A DNA stretch of 64,000 bases from contig CAVRCJ010000010.1 of the NCBI GenBank assembly GCA_963719515.1, forward strand, positions 736,001-800,000, given 5' to 3'. The translations under genes were made by a program, and so were the position numbers. Below the pieces are notes generated by a model, which was given only the letters and a program-made list of their open reading frames with translations, made no database searches and was not told the origin of the DNA. Numbering within the stretch: the stretch's first letter is position 1; every line of letters starts with the position of its first letter. This stretch comes from an uncultured cyanobacterium (lineage in GTDB: Bacteria; Cyanobacteriota; Cyanobacteriia; CAKZMO01). Positions 29,123 to 36,950 of the stretch are shown here, in pieces.

Positions 29123-31030
29123 TTACCCCCTAGCCCGGCTTTTAGTGGGGTCATAGGCCGCCAGCGGCCCCACGGTGGCCGTCGCGCGCCGCTTCAGCCC
29201 GTCCAGCAGGCCCACTTCGACTACAGTTCCGGCTTCGGCATACTCCGGCATTACCTGCGCCAGAGCGATGCTGCGTCCCAGACCGGGAGAGAAAGTGGCG
29301 CTGGTCACCTGCCCGACACGCCAGCGCTCCCCGGCAGCATAAACCGGCTGGCCGTGAGCGGCGACCTCGTTGCCCGCTAGAACCAGGCCCACCCCGACCC
29401 TGGGCGGATGAAGCCGAATTGCCTCTAGCGCAGCCTTACCCACAAAGTCAGGCTTCTTTAGGGCTACCGTCCAGCCAATTCCGGCCTGATACGGAGAGGT
29501 GAGGTCGTCAAACTCGGCCCCCGAGGCCAGCAGCCCCGCCTCAATCCGCGCCCGGTCTAAGGCCTGCATTCCCAAGGGCAATAGCCCAAAGGGCTGCCCC
29601 GCCGCCATCAGCCTGTCCCACAGCGCCGGGCCATACTTAGGATGGACAAACAGCTCGTAGCCCAGCTCCCCGGTATAGCCCGTGCGCGATACCAGCACCG
29701 GCAAACCGGCGTTGGCCTCTCGAGACCGAGCTAGCCCGCAGGGAAAGCTTATCGCCGCCGAAGTGAACCGGAAGTAGCGCAGCTCATCCAGTTGGGTGAC
29801 GGTGCTGTCGCTGTAAAACCGAAGTAGCGGCCCCAGAATCTCTCGGGAGGCGGGGCCTTGAAGGGCTAAGTTATGGATGCGATCGCTGGCCACTAGAATT
29901 GTGGCCTCCCAGCCGTAGCGCTGAGCCAGCTGCTCTAGCCAGCTCCCGTCGGTGTCGCAGTTGCCCACATAGCGGTAGTGGGTGGGGCCGAAGCAAAACA
30001 CCAGCCCATCGTCAATGATGCCGCCGTGGGGGCTAAGCAGGCAGCCGTAGGCCGACTGGCCGGGCACCAGCTTTTCGACGTTGCGGGAGAAGGCGTACTG
30101 GAGCAGCGCTAAAGCGTCGGGCCCCAGCACCTCGAACTTCCGCAGGGCGGAAAGGTCCATCAGCGCCGCTCGCTGCCGCAGCGCCCAGTACTCGGCCTGG
30201 TCGCCCTGGTGGGCGAAGCTGTTGGGCACCCAGAAGCCGTTATATTCCGTCAGGTCGTCCGTGAGCTGGCGAATAGAGGGGGTGAAGGCGCTGTCTTGGG
30301 TGAGCCGCAGCGGTAGGTCGGCAGCGGCGCGTCGTCCGATGGCTCGCTCAAAAGTTTGGCTAGCGGCGTAGATTCGCACGTGGATGGGGGTGGGGTGCCA
30401 GCCGTTGGCGGGGTCGATGTCGTCAGGGCAGGCGGAGCTGGCGCACAGCAGATCTTGATGGGCTTGAAGTAGCACAAAGTCGCCGGGGCGGGACCAAGAT
30501 TCGTCTGCAGTGACGGCACCTTGACAGTCAACCTCGGTGTTAAAGAAGAAGTTGATGGCGGCCCAGCCGGGCCGGGGCGCGATGCCGTGGGGAGCCAGCA
30601 CTCGGTTGAAGTTATCGCTGCAGCTAGGGTGGCCGGGGTAGCCCGCGTCTTCGTAGTAGCGAGACGTGCAGGCCAGCAGGAAACTATCGTGGCGATCGCA
30701 GGTAGATTGAATCACCTCCACCAGGGGCGCGAAAGTCTTAGAGAAATACTTGCCCTGCAGCCCCGCCGCAGGGTTGGCAAGGCCGTTCAAAGTGCGGGTG
30801 ACGGTGCCGTCGATTTCTTCGCGGTAGTCTTCGCCGCTGAAGGCCAGGAAGTCGGAGCATTGGGAGCCCTCTACGTCGATAATCTGAACGTATTGTCCGG
30901 CGGTTACCTCGTAGGCGATCGCGGTTCCGGGGGCGATGCGGTATTCGGCGACGACGGTTCCCAGCCGCGGCGGAATGTCGTTAGGGTGGCGGATATTTGC
31001 CGGGGCGGACGGGGCCGATGTAGAAACCAT
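29123..31030 (-). CDS. DUF1989 + GcvT-domain protein (TMAO demethylase Tdm-like)
   Basis: QIIDVEGSQCSDF, HDSFLLACT…YYEDAGYPGH-SCSDNFN, SSACPDDIDPANGW; MDLSALRKFEV, SRTGYTGELGYE. Confidence 0.85.
   Translation of the reverse strand: MVSTSAPSAPANIRHPNDIPPRLGTVVAEYRIAPGTAIAYEVTAGQYVQIIDVEGSQCSDFLAFSGEDYREEIDGTVTRTLNGLANPAAGLQGKYFSKTFAPLVEVIQSTCDRHDSFLLACTSRYYEDAGYPGHPSCSDNFNRVLAPHGIAPRPGWAAINFFFNTEVDCQGAVTADESWSRPGDFVLLQAHQDLLCASSACPDDIDPANGWHPTPIHVRIYAASQTFERAIGRRAAADLPLRLTQDSAFTPSIRQLTDDLTEYNGFWVPNSFAHQGDQAEYWALRQRAALMDLSALRKFEVLGPDALALLQYAFSRNVEKLVPGQSAYGCLLSPHGGIIDDGLVFCFGPTHYRYVGNCDTDGSWLEQLAQRYGWEATILVASDRIHNLALQGPASREILGPLLRFYSDSTVTQLDELRYFRFTSAAISFPCGLARSREANAGLPVLVSRTGYTGELGYELFVHPKYGPALWDRLMAAGQPFGLLPLGMQALDRARIEAGLLASGAEFDDLTSPYQAGIGWTVALKKPDFVGKAALEAIRLHPPRVGVGLVLAGNEVAAHGQPVYAAGERWRVGQVTSATFSPGLGRSIALAQVMPEYAEAGTVVEVGLLDGLKRRATATVGPLAAYDPTKSRARG
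29712..29750 (+). mobile_element. 39-bp in-frame insertion splitting a HIP1 site (SDR5-like)
   Basis: GCG|TTGGCCTCTCGAGACCGAGCTAGCCCGCAGGGAAAGCTT|ATCGC. Confidence 0.75.
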
Positions 31031-31158
31031 AGGATGGGTCCGGAAAACGTCAATTTCATGAGCAGATCGATGGCGTCATCGTATCGGTCGGTGCGGCGCA
31101 AAAGTTCAGTGGCATCCGTTGTATCAACCATTGATGATTGGCTTCGCAACCCAACGAA

Positions 31159-33087
31159 TCAATGACAGGCCCCATGTTTACCCGGCGACGGCGGCACATC
31201 ATTCGCCGGATTCTCATCAAAGAAATTCAGCGGCTTCAGCATAAACCCAATGGTCGACACCGGCATCACCGGCCAGTCTTCCGCCCTAGGCGAATGGCTG
31301 TGGGCAAAGGTGTACCACACCACCAGGTCCGTGTCTTCAACAGAGCGATCGCCCTGGGTCCACTGGGGCAGCCCTGCCTCGCCGGGGTGCTGGTTGGGGT
31401 AAGGGCCAGCGGGAAAAGATTCATCGGGGTGGTAGGGGGTCACCCAAAGATGCTTCGACATATAGCGCGCCCGCTTGCTCACCCCGGCATCGGGATGGGC
31501 CAGGGGCAAGGTGTTCTCCCCCGGCATCAGCTTGTAGGCCGTAGGGTAGCCCATGGCGTTGGTCTTGTCGGGGTTGATGATTTTCCAGTAGCGCCCCTTC
31601 CAGGGGTCGATGGTGCGCTGGGCGGCTAGCTCGGTGGGCAGCAGGGTGGACTGGGCGTAAAAGGCGTTGCCGTAGGGGTTGTTCTCCTCATCTTCCGGCA
31701 CAATGTCTACCTCGTAGACGGAGTTGTGCGGCCCGTCAACGGCCATATCGAGCCGCACGTTGAAGATGTGCTGGTGGATGGGGGCGTTGAGCTGCGGGGC
31801 CACCAGGGTACCGTATTTAGGCACCTCTCCCGGCATGGCGGCGGCGGTGCTGACGATGCCGGTGAGCTTCACCTGATACTCAATGGTGCCGTCTTGGTAG
31901 AAGTACCAATAGAAGGCATATTCGTAGTTGCCCACCGTGGCGACGAAGGAAACCACCAAGCGGCGCGATCGCCTCACCTCAGTTTCCTCCGTGCGCCAGT
32001 CCACATGCTTCCAGAGAATGCCGAAGTCCTCCTCATGCAGGCAGACGGCGTTTTCGATGCTGGCTACGTCGCCTTTGGAGGTGGCCAAAAAGGCGTCGAA
32101 GTAGTGAATTTCGCCCAGACAGTCGCAGCCTAGCGTTAAGGAGTTGGCCAGCGAGCCGACGCCGTACTCCCCCACGTCAAAGGCATTTTTGCGGTAGTGG
32201 TGAGACCGGGGGTCGCCGTAGGGCACGGTCATTTCAGCCAGAGAAGCCCGGTAAATTACGGGACGCTCCTCCCCTTGGTCATTGTAGGTGATGGTATAGA
32301 GCACCAGCCCTTCTCTGGGGGTAAAGGCGACTCTCATCTTCCACTTTTGCCAGCTGATTTCGTGGCCGTTGACCGTAAAGCTCGGCCCTTCCGGCTGCAC
32401 AATTTCTAGGGGCTTGATGTCCTGGCGGTAGTTCTTGACGTATTCGGTAGAGTAGTTGCCGTCTTTGGGCGGCAGGGGCACCACGCCGTGGTCCTCCACG
32501 CGCACCAGCTCCATTTTGTTGAGGTCCACTACCGGAATCACCCCTTCAATGGGACGGGCGTAGCCGTTGTCGGTGGGGTTAGCCCTCACCCAGCACAGGG
32601 CCCGCGAGAGCCTTACGCCTTTCTCGTCTGCGATGCCGTAGTTGCCCGCCGACCAGGAGTCTACCATCACTAGACTGGGGTCAGTAATGCCGCGCTTAGC
32701 GATCGCCGCCTGAAAGTCGGGGTCTGCCTTAACGGCCTCTTCGCACGCCAAGAATTCATCCAGCATGATGGGGGGCTGCACGCCCGGAATGTGCTCCCAG
32801 CGGGTGACGGTGCGGCTGGCTAGGTCTATATCGGCTTCGTAGGTTTTGGCCGTGCTGCTGTCCAGGAGAATGAGGAAAGCTGACCGCTTCACGGCATCAC
32901 CCGGCGTAAAGGCGAGTACAGCGTCTTTAGCGGGTTCTTTGAGGGTGACGGTGGCGAAGCGGAAGCTGCCGCCGAGGGGTTTGGCCTCGCGGAGAGCGGC
33001 GACGGCGGTTTCGATTTCCGCTGGGGTTAGGGGATCTAGAGGGTGGGCGATCGTTTGGGTTTGGACTCGTTCTTGAGCAATAGTCAT
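31159..33087 (-). CDS. Copper-containing primary amine oxidase (TPQ)
   Basis: HPLDPLT, AFDVGEYG, TVGNYEY (TPQ Tyr), HQH, HSPRAEDWPVMP. Confidence 0.96.
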   Translation of the reverse strand: MTIAQERVQTQTIAHPLDPLTPAEIETAVAALREAKPLGGSFRFATVTLKEPAKDAVLAFTPGDAVKRSAFLILLDSSTAKTYEADIDLASRTVTRWEHIPGVQPPIMLDEFLACEEAVKADPDFQAAIAKRGITDPSLVMVDSWSAGNYGIADEKGVRLSRALCWVRANPTDNGYARPIEGVIPVVDLNKMELVRVEDHGVVPLPPKDGNYSTEYVKNYRQDIKPLEIVQPEGPSFTVNGHEISWQKWKMRVAFTPREGLVLYTITYNDQGEERPVIYRASLAEMTVPYGDPRSHHYRKNAFDVGEYGVGSLANSLTLGCDCLGEIHYFDAFLATSKGDVASIENAVCLHEEDFGILWKHVDWRTEETEVRRSRRLVVSFVATVGNYEYAFYWYFYQDGTIEYQVKLTGIVSTAAAMPGEVPKYGTLVAPQLNAPIHQHIFNVRLDMAVDGPHNSVYEVDIVPEDEENNPYGNAFYAQSTLLPTELAAQRTIDPWKGRYWKIINPDKTNAMGYPTAYKLMPGENTLPLAHPDAGVSKRARYMSKHLWVTPYHPDESFPAGPYPNQHPGEAGLPQWTQGDRSVEDTDLVVWYTFAHSHSPRAEDWPVMPVSTIGFMLKPLNFFDENPANDVPPSPGKHGACH

Positions 33088-33130
33088 GGGTAGAGTTCTT
33101 TAGACTTCTTGGGCAGTGGTTAAAGGGCTG

Positions 33131-33520
33131 AAGGCCCCCTCCGCCGCTAGTTCTGGGGGGCTAGGCTATGCGTTTGAAGCGATCGCTGTCATTGATTTTG
33201 AGAAGATCTAGCGTCACTAGCTCCCCCAAGAATTGGGGGCTGGGGGGCCTTTTCAAGGGGTAGAACATTCAGAGAATCACAAGGCATAAATTTTAGTGAC
33301 CAGTAACGCACCGACTGGGGTTGATGGAACCTGGCTGCTTGGGGGCCTATCCCCCAAACCCCCTTGGCTGGGGGACGAGTTGCCTCCCTCAGCGGCCTCC
33401 TACAAACGGCGGTGTCTGTGAGACGGTTTAAATGTAGGGTGGGTTGATGAGGGAAGCCCACCCTTTCTCGCAGGCGCATCGGTTTCAGTAGGGTGGATTA
33501 ACGTAAGGGAGCCTACCCTT
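33131..33520. repeat. Cluster of intergenic hairpin repeats (three families, including copy 3 of the double-hairpin repeat)
   Basis: CCCCCAAGAATTGGGGG ~33223; inverted copy of the 23128 repeat at ~33339-33400; GTAGGGTGG…CCC palindromes at ~33433-33520. Confidence 0.6.
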
Positions 33521-33539
33521 TATTGCGATCGCGTCACGC

Positions 33540-34973
33540 TTACGTCACGCTTACGGCCAGCGGCTTAGCTGCCTCAACCGTCAATTCCTCATCACCGAGC
33601 TCAGACAACAGCTGCTCCGCCAGCTTACGCTTGCCCTCAGCATCCAGCTTCTTCACCTCGTTGTGCAGCACCCGCTCATTCACCGACTGATTCCAGTAGT
33701 CTAGGACATCAAACCCCAGCAGCGCCGACTTGCCCACAAACTGCCGCAGCACTTCGTTTGTCGGCCCCATTACCCAGCCTGCTTTGCCGTCCCGCAGGTA
33801 GCGCTCCACCTCCATATCTTTCTTAAAGCCCGAGCCGCCGCAGGCGTGGAGCATCTTGTCGCAGACGTGGGCCACGTTCTTGGCCGCCGCAAACTTGATC
33901 TGCCAATACCAATGCAGGTAGGCCGAGCGCGGTAGGGCCGTCAAATCATCATGAATGGTCCAGTCACAGTCTTTTGTGAGCTGGTCCATCAGCTGCCCCA
34001 TCGAAAAGGTGTACATGCGGCAGGCGCTGGTGTCTATTACCCCTTCGCCAAAGTAGTCCTGAATAGTGGGGTAGTCGGCCACCCGCATCCCTACGTCAGC
34101 GTGTTTTTTGCGGGTGACGTGCTTTTTGGCGATATCCATCGCGCCTAGAGCAATGCCGTTCCAGCAGGCAGAGGAGCACAGCAGGAAAAACGGATCGACA
34201 ATCTCATCGTTGGAGGCGACGCCGTCGCCCTTGGTGCCCACCATCCGCTGCGTGGGAATATCTACCCCATCCACCAGCAGCGTCCCCGACTGGTTGCCCC
34301 GCAGGCCCATGGCGTCCCACTTGTGGGGCTCGGCCTGCACCTCGTCGCGATAGATCAAAAAGCAGGACAAATCAGAAAAGTCCCCGGCAAAGTCGGGGCT
34401 GCTAGTCTGCACAATATACCAATCGGCAAAACCCGCCGAGGTGGTCCAGGAGGCCCGCTTCGAGACGCGCCAGCCGTCGTCAGTAGCTTCGGCTTTGGAG
34501 GAAACGGGGTACCAAAAGTGGGAGCCGGTTTCGGGGTCGGAGTAGGACAGGGTGCCAATGAAGACGTCTTGGTCTAGCCGCCTCAGCAGCTCCTGAATCT
34601 CTGGGTTCTGATGCGCCCGAAACAGGGCGGCGGCGACGGCCCCGAGGTGCATGGTGTAACACATGGCCGTGCTGGGGCAGCCGTAGCGGGCGATAGTTTC
34701 TACGACCATGGCGGCACAAACGTGGTTTTCCCCCAGACCGCCCCACGTCTTAGGAACAAGCAGCCCCAGCAGCCCTAAGGACGCCAGCGCCTCAAAGTTT
34801 TCGCGCGGGTAGATGAGGTTGCGGTCTGAGGCGATCGCATTGGGCCGCAGTACGGTGGCGCATAGGTCAATCAGCTGCTGTTGGAGCTGCTGCTGCTCGG
34901 GGGTGAGCAACCACTGGGGGTCAAAGTCGTCGCTGAGGCCGGTGAAAGGTTCGCCGTTCCAGGTTTTTGCCAT
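33540..34973 (-). CDS. Acyl-CoA dehydrogenase family flavoprotein
   Basis: SYSDPETGSH, WDAMGLRGNQS, HACGGSGF, ERYLRDG. Confidence 0.9.
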   Translation of the reverse strand: MAKTWNGEPFTGLSDDFDPQWLLTPEQQQLQQQLIDLCATVLRPNAIASDRNLIYPRENFEALASLGLLGLLVPKTWGGLGENHVCAAMVVETIARYGCPSTAMCYTMHLGAVAAALFRAHQNPEIQELLRRLDQDVFIGTLSYSDPETGSHFWYPVSSKAEATDDGWRVSKRASWTTSAGFADWYIVQTSSPDFAGDFSDLSCFLIYRDEVQAEPHKWDAMGLRGNQSGTLLVDGVDIPTQRMVGTKGDGVASNDEIVDPFFLLCSSACWNGIALGAMDIAKKHVTRKKHADVGMRVADYPTIQDYFGEGVIDTSACRMYTFSMGQLMDQLTKDCDWTIHDDLTALPRSAYLHWYWQIKFAAAKNVAHVCDKMLHACGGSGFKKDMEVERYLRDGKAGWVMGPTNEVLRQFVGKSALLGFDVLDYWNQSVNERVLHNEVKKLDAEGKRKLAEQLLSELGDEELTVEAAKPLAVSVT

Positions 34974-35012
34974 GGGTTAAATCATTAATTGGGGTGGAAA
35001 TATAGGGGCAAA

Positions 35013-35909
35013 TCAGGCGGCGATCGCCGATTTTGCCAGCGGGTCAGCGCAGTAGTCGGCTAGGAAAGGCGTCCGGTAGCCGTCCTCCTGCCACAGGATC
35101 GGGAAAAAGCTCTCATCCATCGCCGTGTCCCCCACCCGCTTGTAGCGGCCATAGATGTAGCCCGCCGGGTTCGTCGGGTGAAATCGCGCCACCGACGGCA
35201 GCGTATGCAGGCCAATGCTGTGGAAGCAACCCTCAGTGCGCGTTGTTGGACATAGCCCGTGCCAGGTCCGTCCGTGGTGGAAGGCGCAGCCCCCCGCCGG
35301 AACATCTACCACCACCACCTCAGGTTCCGCGACCCCGGCCTGCTCAGCCGCTTGCAGCATCGCCCAGCGGTAGTCTTTAGTGGGCGCGTGGAACTCTCCC
35401 GCCACGTCGATTAGCGGCCATTTGTGGGATCCCTTCGCATAAATCAGCGTCCCGTCTGCCGCCGTTGCGTTGTCCAGCGCTACCCAGCAGGTCATCATCG
35501 CGGCGGGGTCGAGGTAGTCCACATAGGCCCCGTCCTGATGCATGGCGATCGCCTTCGCTTGGGGGGGCTTTACCCAAAGGCTGTCCTGCCCGATGCGCGC
35601 GCCGCTCCACCCTGCAAGGGCAGCCGTCAAGCGGCCAATTTCGGAGGAGAGCACCAGGCTGGCCACCGTGCGATCGCTCTTCCAGCCGTTGCAGATTTCT
35701 CGGGTGACGTCGGGGAGGCTCAGGCCAGGCCGCCAGTGCCACTCGTCGGGGTAAACGCCGGTCTCGAAGTCGCCATGAAACATGGGTCCCAGGCGGCTAG
35801 CGAGCTGCTGGGCAAACTCTGAAGGTAGGAAATTCTCTACGATCAAAAATCCGTCAGTTTGAAACTGGTGGATTTGTTCTCTAGATAGGGTTATGGGCTG
35901 GTAGTCCAT
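35013..35909 (-). CDS. Phytanoyl-CoA dioxygenase (PhyH) family Fe/2OG oxygenase
   Basis: FQTDGFL, MHQD, TCWVALD, GSHKW, HGRTWHG. Confidence 0.92.
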   Translation of the reverse strand: MDYQPITLSREQIHQFQTDGFLIVENFLPSEFAQQLASRLGPMFHGDFETGVYPDEWHWRPGLSLPDVTREICNGWKSDRTVASLVLSSEIGRLTAALAGWSGARIGQDSLWVKPPQAKAIAMHQDGAYVDYLDPAAMMTCWVALDNATAADGTLIYAKGSHKWPLIDVAGEFHAPTKDYRWAMLQAAEQAGVAEPEVVVVDVPAGGCAFHHGRTWHGLCPTTRTEGCFHSIGLHTLPSVARFHPTNPAGYIYGRYKRVGDTAMDESFFPILWQEDGYRTPFLADYCADPLAKSAIAA

Positions 35910-35990
35910 GCAGAAAACGCCTTACCGAAAGGGAGTTTGATAGGGGCTGGCTAGATAGACCAGTTGACAAACTCAGCTTGTCCATCTCTA

Positions 35991-36037
35991 CTTGTCATAA
36001 TAAGTTCGCGCCTCAAACAAACAGTAGCCCCGACTAC
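35991..36037 (-). promoter_or_regulatory. NtcA box, -10 element and overlapping operator
   Basis: GTA-GCCCCGAC-TAC 36024-36037; minus-strand TATTAT at 35997-36002 (21 nt spacer); CTTGTCATAATAAG 35991-36004. Confidence 0.7.
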
Positions 36038-36076
36038 CGTTGTAAAACTCCGTCATAAAACTGAACCTGGCTTACC

Positions 36077-36809
36077 ATGACCCAATCTTCCACCATCCCT
36101 GCCCTGCCGCTCGTTCAATCCGGCCACCTCCATATCGCCGCCAGCGATTTCGACGCGCGCCCCATGAGCTACGTCTCTGACAGCACTCGCAGCGGTTATG
36201 AGCCTGAGCTAGCCCGCATTCTGTGCGATCGCCTCGGACTCGCCCCCACCTGGCACAATTTGCCGATGGAGGAGTTTTACACCTGCTTTGAGACAGGCCG
36301 CTACGACGCGGTGTGGTTTAACCAGGCCGTTACCCCGGAACGCCAGCAGAAAGGTCGCGTTTACCCAGCCTTACGGCCTGTTTGATGAGGCCGTATTGGT
36401 TCAGCAGGGCAGCGGCATCGCCTCCCCAGAAGATCTGCGCGGCAAGCGGGTGGGCGGACTAGCCGACAGCACCAATATCGCTCTGGTGGAGGGCTTTCCA
36501 GAGGCGATCGCCGTCCCGTACCCCGGCAGCGATAAGGTGCTGCCCGAGATGCTGGAAGCGCTGCGCAAGGGGGAGATTGACGCCCTGATTGACGACGAGC
36601 TGGTGCTGGTGGTGGCTGCGGAGGAAGACCCAACCCTACAGCTGGCGTTCACGCTGCCGACCCGAGTACCCTTCGCTATTGCGGTTTCCCCCGATAAGCC
36701 AGAACTGCTGGCAGCGCTAAATGGGGCGATCGCTGAGATGCTGGCAGACGGTGCCCTGCAGCAGCTGTGGAGCAAGTGGATTCCCTGGAAACCATTTCCG
36801 CTTGAATAG
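36077..36809 (+). CDS. Family 3 (amino acid-type) solute-binding protein split by a +1 frameshift at ~36352
   Basis: SGYEPELAR…VTPERQQK then VAFTQPY…DLRGKRVG…KGEIDA in the next frame; no signal peptide seen. Confidence 0.75.
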
Positions 36810-36875
36810 TAGTCCTATCTGTAGGGTGGGCATTGCCTACCCTACGCAGCTCGAATAGAGTATTTGGTCCATAAG

Positions 36876-36908
36876 GTAATCCGCGATACAAACTCGTCAT
36901 AACGAGTT
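36876..36908 (+). promoter_or_regulatory. NtcA box immediately followed by palindromic operator
   Basis: GTA-ATCCGCGA-TAC 36876-36889; AACTCGTCATAACGAGTT 36891-36908. Confidence 0.75.
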
Positions 36909-36950
36909 CGCTTTACTGGGGCCAACGTTTCAACCACTGGAGCCCGAGCA

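Noticed and set aside
30904..31149. 81-aa ORF or frameshifted N-terminus of the Tdm-like gene
   Set aside because: No recognisable motif; cannot be supported without an alignment
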